From assembly GCA_052161885.1 (NCBI GenBank), contig CP197396.1, positions 678,399 through 742,398 on the forward strand: DNA of 64,000 nt, in the 5' to 3' direction. A program made the position numbers and the translations under genes. Numbering within the stretch: position 1 is the first letter of the stretch; each line of letters opens with the position of its first letter. Origin of the DNA: Chitinophagaceae bacterium MMS25-I14. GTDB lineage: Bacteria; Bacteroidota; Bacteroidia; Chitinophagales; Chitinophagaceae. Under the pieces are notes generated by a model, which searched no databases, was not told where the DNA came from, and saw only the letters and a list, made by a program, of their open reading frames with translations. This document shows positions 62,690 through 64,000 of the stretch, in pieces.

Positions 62690-64000
62690 TTATTGCTGAG
62701 CGGCCTGCTGCAGCGCCTGCATATTGATTTTACCACTGATCTTCTGCGACAGGAGCTGTACTTTCTGCTCAAGGTCTTTAGCTGTTTTATCATCGCCTGA
62801 TGATTTTGCAACATTTCCTATGAGGTTAATAATGCCGAGATCGCGCTGTACATCACTTACCATAGTCTCACGGGCATCATCGTTTAGTGTCAGTATCCAG
62901 TTCAGGTCGGCTTCCATGTTAGCTACAAGCTGCATTGCCACTTTGTGACCTTTTTCTTTTTCGCCGATCTGGTAATAGCCATTGACCATATAATAGGCAG
63001 AAGGATCGAAACCTTGCAGCAGATATGGATTGTAAGCATAAGATGACTGCGTGATGCTCTTGTCCACTTTATCCAGCAATGCTACCGCGTCATTATGACG
63101 GCCTGTTTTATTCAGCTCTGCAGCAATACGGGGCGCATTGTTGCGGTATGCTGTGAACATGATTTTATTTTTCTCATCGAAGTACACGTTGTTCTTTTCT
63201 CCGCCACCCCAGCGATAAGTGTCCATAAACAGTTTAAAACTCTTATCTGCATCTACAAAGCCCAGGTCCTGACGTTGCTGAGGGTTGGTTGAATCAACGA
63301 ATTTATAAGGAACAAGACGGTATACCATACCTTCCATTTTCAGGTAGTCCTGCATGCCCTGGTAATTGTCACCCGGCAGGCCGCCGCCAAAATATATCGG
63401 GCGCTTCCAGCCATCTGATGCTATTGCAGCAACCATATTCAGAACAGCAATATCATCTTTGTAGGCAACATCTTTGCTGAAAACAAACTTCATTTCATTG
63501 ATGATATGACCGGTATCGGCTGCATTCACCATGCCGTTTTTCACCAGATCTTCTTTAGAGAGGCTCTGTACATAGAAGTTCTTGGTCGGGAAATAGTTTT
63601 CGCCTTCACCACCGGTAGTCTGCATCTTGTTATTCGGATCGCTGCTTACAATAAACTTACAGATATCCATCAGGTTGATGTACTGGTTCTGTGGTATCTG
63701 CGGGCTTTGTGAAGCACGGATGTAGTTATGATGATCGCCTACATAATCTTCTTTTTTCCACACCATCGGCACTGCATCAGCCGTATTGATCTTATAATTC
63801 AGCTGGTCGATATACCAATCTATACCGAGAAGACTGAGGTTAATGATGCGAACATCCGGACGCACACCTTCAATTTCCTGCAGGTACCAAACGGGGTATG
63901 TATCATTATCGCCGAATGTAAACAGGATAGCGTTCGGTGCACAGGAATTCAATGTATTCCATGCACTGTCGCGCGCCCATGTTTTGCGGGAGCGATCATG
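62690..64000 (-). CDS. DUF2723-family protein, C-terminal portion (gene continues beyond the window end)
   Basis: The soluble C-terminal domain of large DUF2723 membrane glycosyltransferase-like proteins. The reading frame is open to position 64000. Confidence 0.55.
   Translation of the reverse strand, partial: HDRSRKTWARDSAWNTLNSCAPNAILFTFGDNDTYPVWYLQEIEGVRPDVRIINLSLLGIDWYIDQLNYKINTADAVPMVWKKEDYVGDHHNYIRASQSPQIPQNQYINLMDICKFIVSSDPNNKMQTTGGEGENYFPTKNFYVQSLSKEDLVKNGMVNAADTGHIINEMKFVFSKDVAYKDDIAVLNMVAAIASDGWKRPIYFGGGLPGDNYQGMQDYLKMEGMVYRLVPYKFVDSTNPQQRQDLGFVDADKSFKLFMDTYRWGGGEKNNVYFDEKNKIMFTAYRNNAPRIAAELNKTGRHNDAVALLDKVDKSITQSSYAYNPYLLQGFDPSAYYMVNGYYQIGEKEKGHKVAMQLVANMEADLNWILTLNDDARETMVSDVQRDLGIINLIGNVAKSSGDDKTAKDLEQKVQLLSQKISGKINMQALQQAAQQ

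Overview
This 64-kb window reads as chromosomal DNA from a Bacteroidota bacterium, probably Chitinophagia/Sphingobacteriia-like. The evidence is a T9SS C-terminal sorting domain on a giant secreted protein, TAnnTTTG-type -7 promoter motifs, no Shine-Dalgarno sequences, about 45% GC, and GTCATCCTGAGCG...GAAGGATGAC palindromic intergenic repeats. Gene density is high, with about 56 protein genes and no rRNA, tRNA or CRISPR detected.

Most genes are housekeeping or envelope functions:
- a TamB-like and Omp85 pair
- purA, a pabB-like gene, dusB, truA, mgsA, dprA and eukaryote-type NADP-IDH
- two divergently arranged kup potassium-transporter paralogues
- MATE and SMR efflux pumps
- two SPFH/flotillin proteins
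- a Pif1-type helicase
- a DegT aminotransferase and rfbC

The standout feature is a tightly packed 10-gene plus-strand operon at 49362-60308. It combines the bacterial ceramide module (serine palmitoyltransferase-like oxoamine synthase, a GNAT-like candidate ceramide synthase, a CerR-like epimerase-family reductase) with an inositol-phosphate head-group module. The head-group genes are myo-inositol-3-phosphate synthase, a PgpA-like phosphatase, a CDP-alcohol phosphatidyltransferase with an unusual C-terminal extension, a fatty-acid hydroxylase and a PAP2-like candidate inositol-phosphoceramide synthase. A GtrA-like protein and a large DUF5686/CarboxypepD_reg outer-membrane protein are embedded in the operon, and a TetR regulator follows it. 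This looks like a complete, self-contained inositol-phosphoceramide sphingolipid biosynthesis and export locus.

Other notable items:
- a 1482-aa T9SS cargo protein fusing a PhoD-like metallophosphatase with three LamG domains
- a ygiB/ygiC-like module pairing a glutathionylspermidine-synthase-family ligase with small lipoproteins
- several interleaved intergenic repeat families (REP-like palindromes, GAGATGTGAGAT-type simple repeats, GGATACCGGAT and TCAACCTATTAACTTTT motifs), including a 253-bp MITE-like unit with perfect 24-bp terminal inverted repeats, and a perfect 19-bp inverted repeat pair bracketing the flotillin gene
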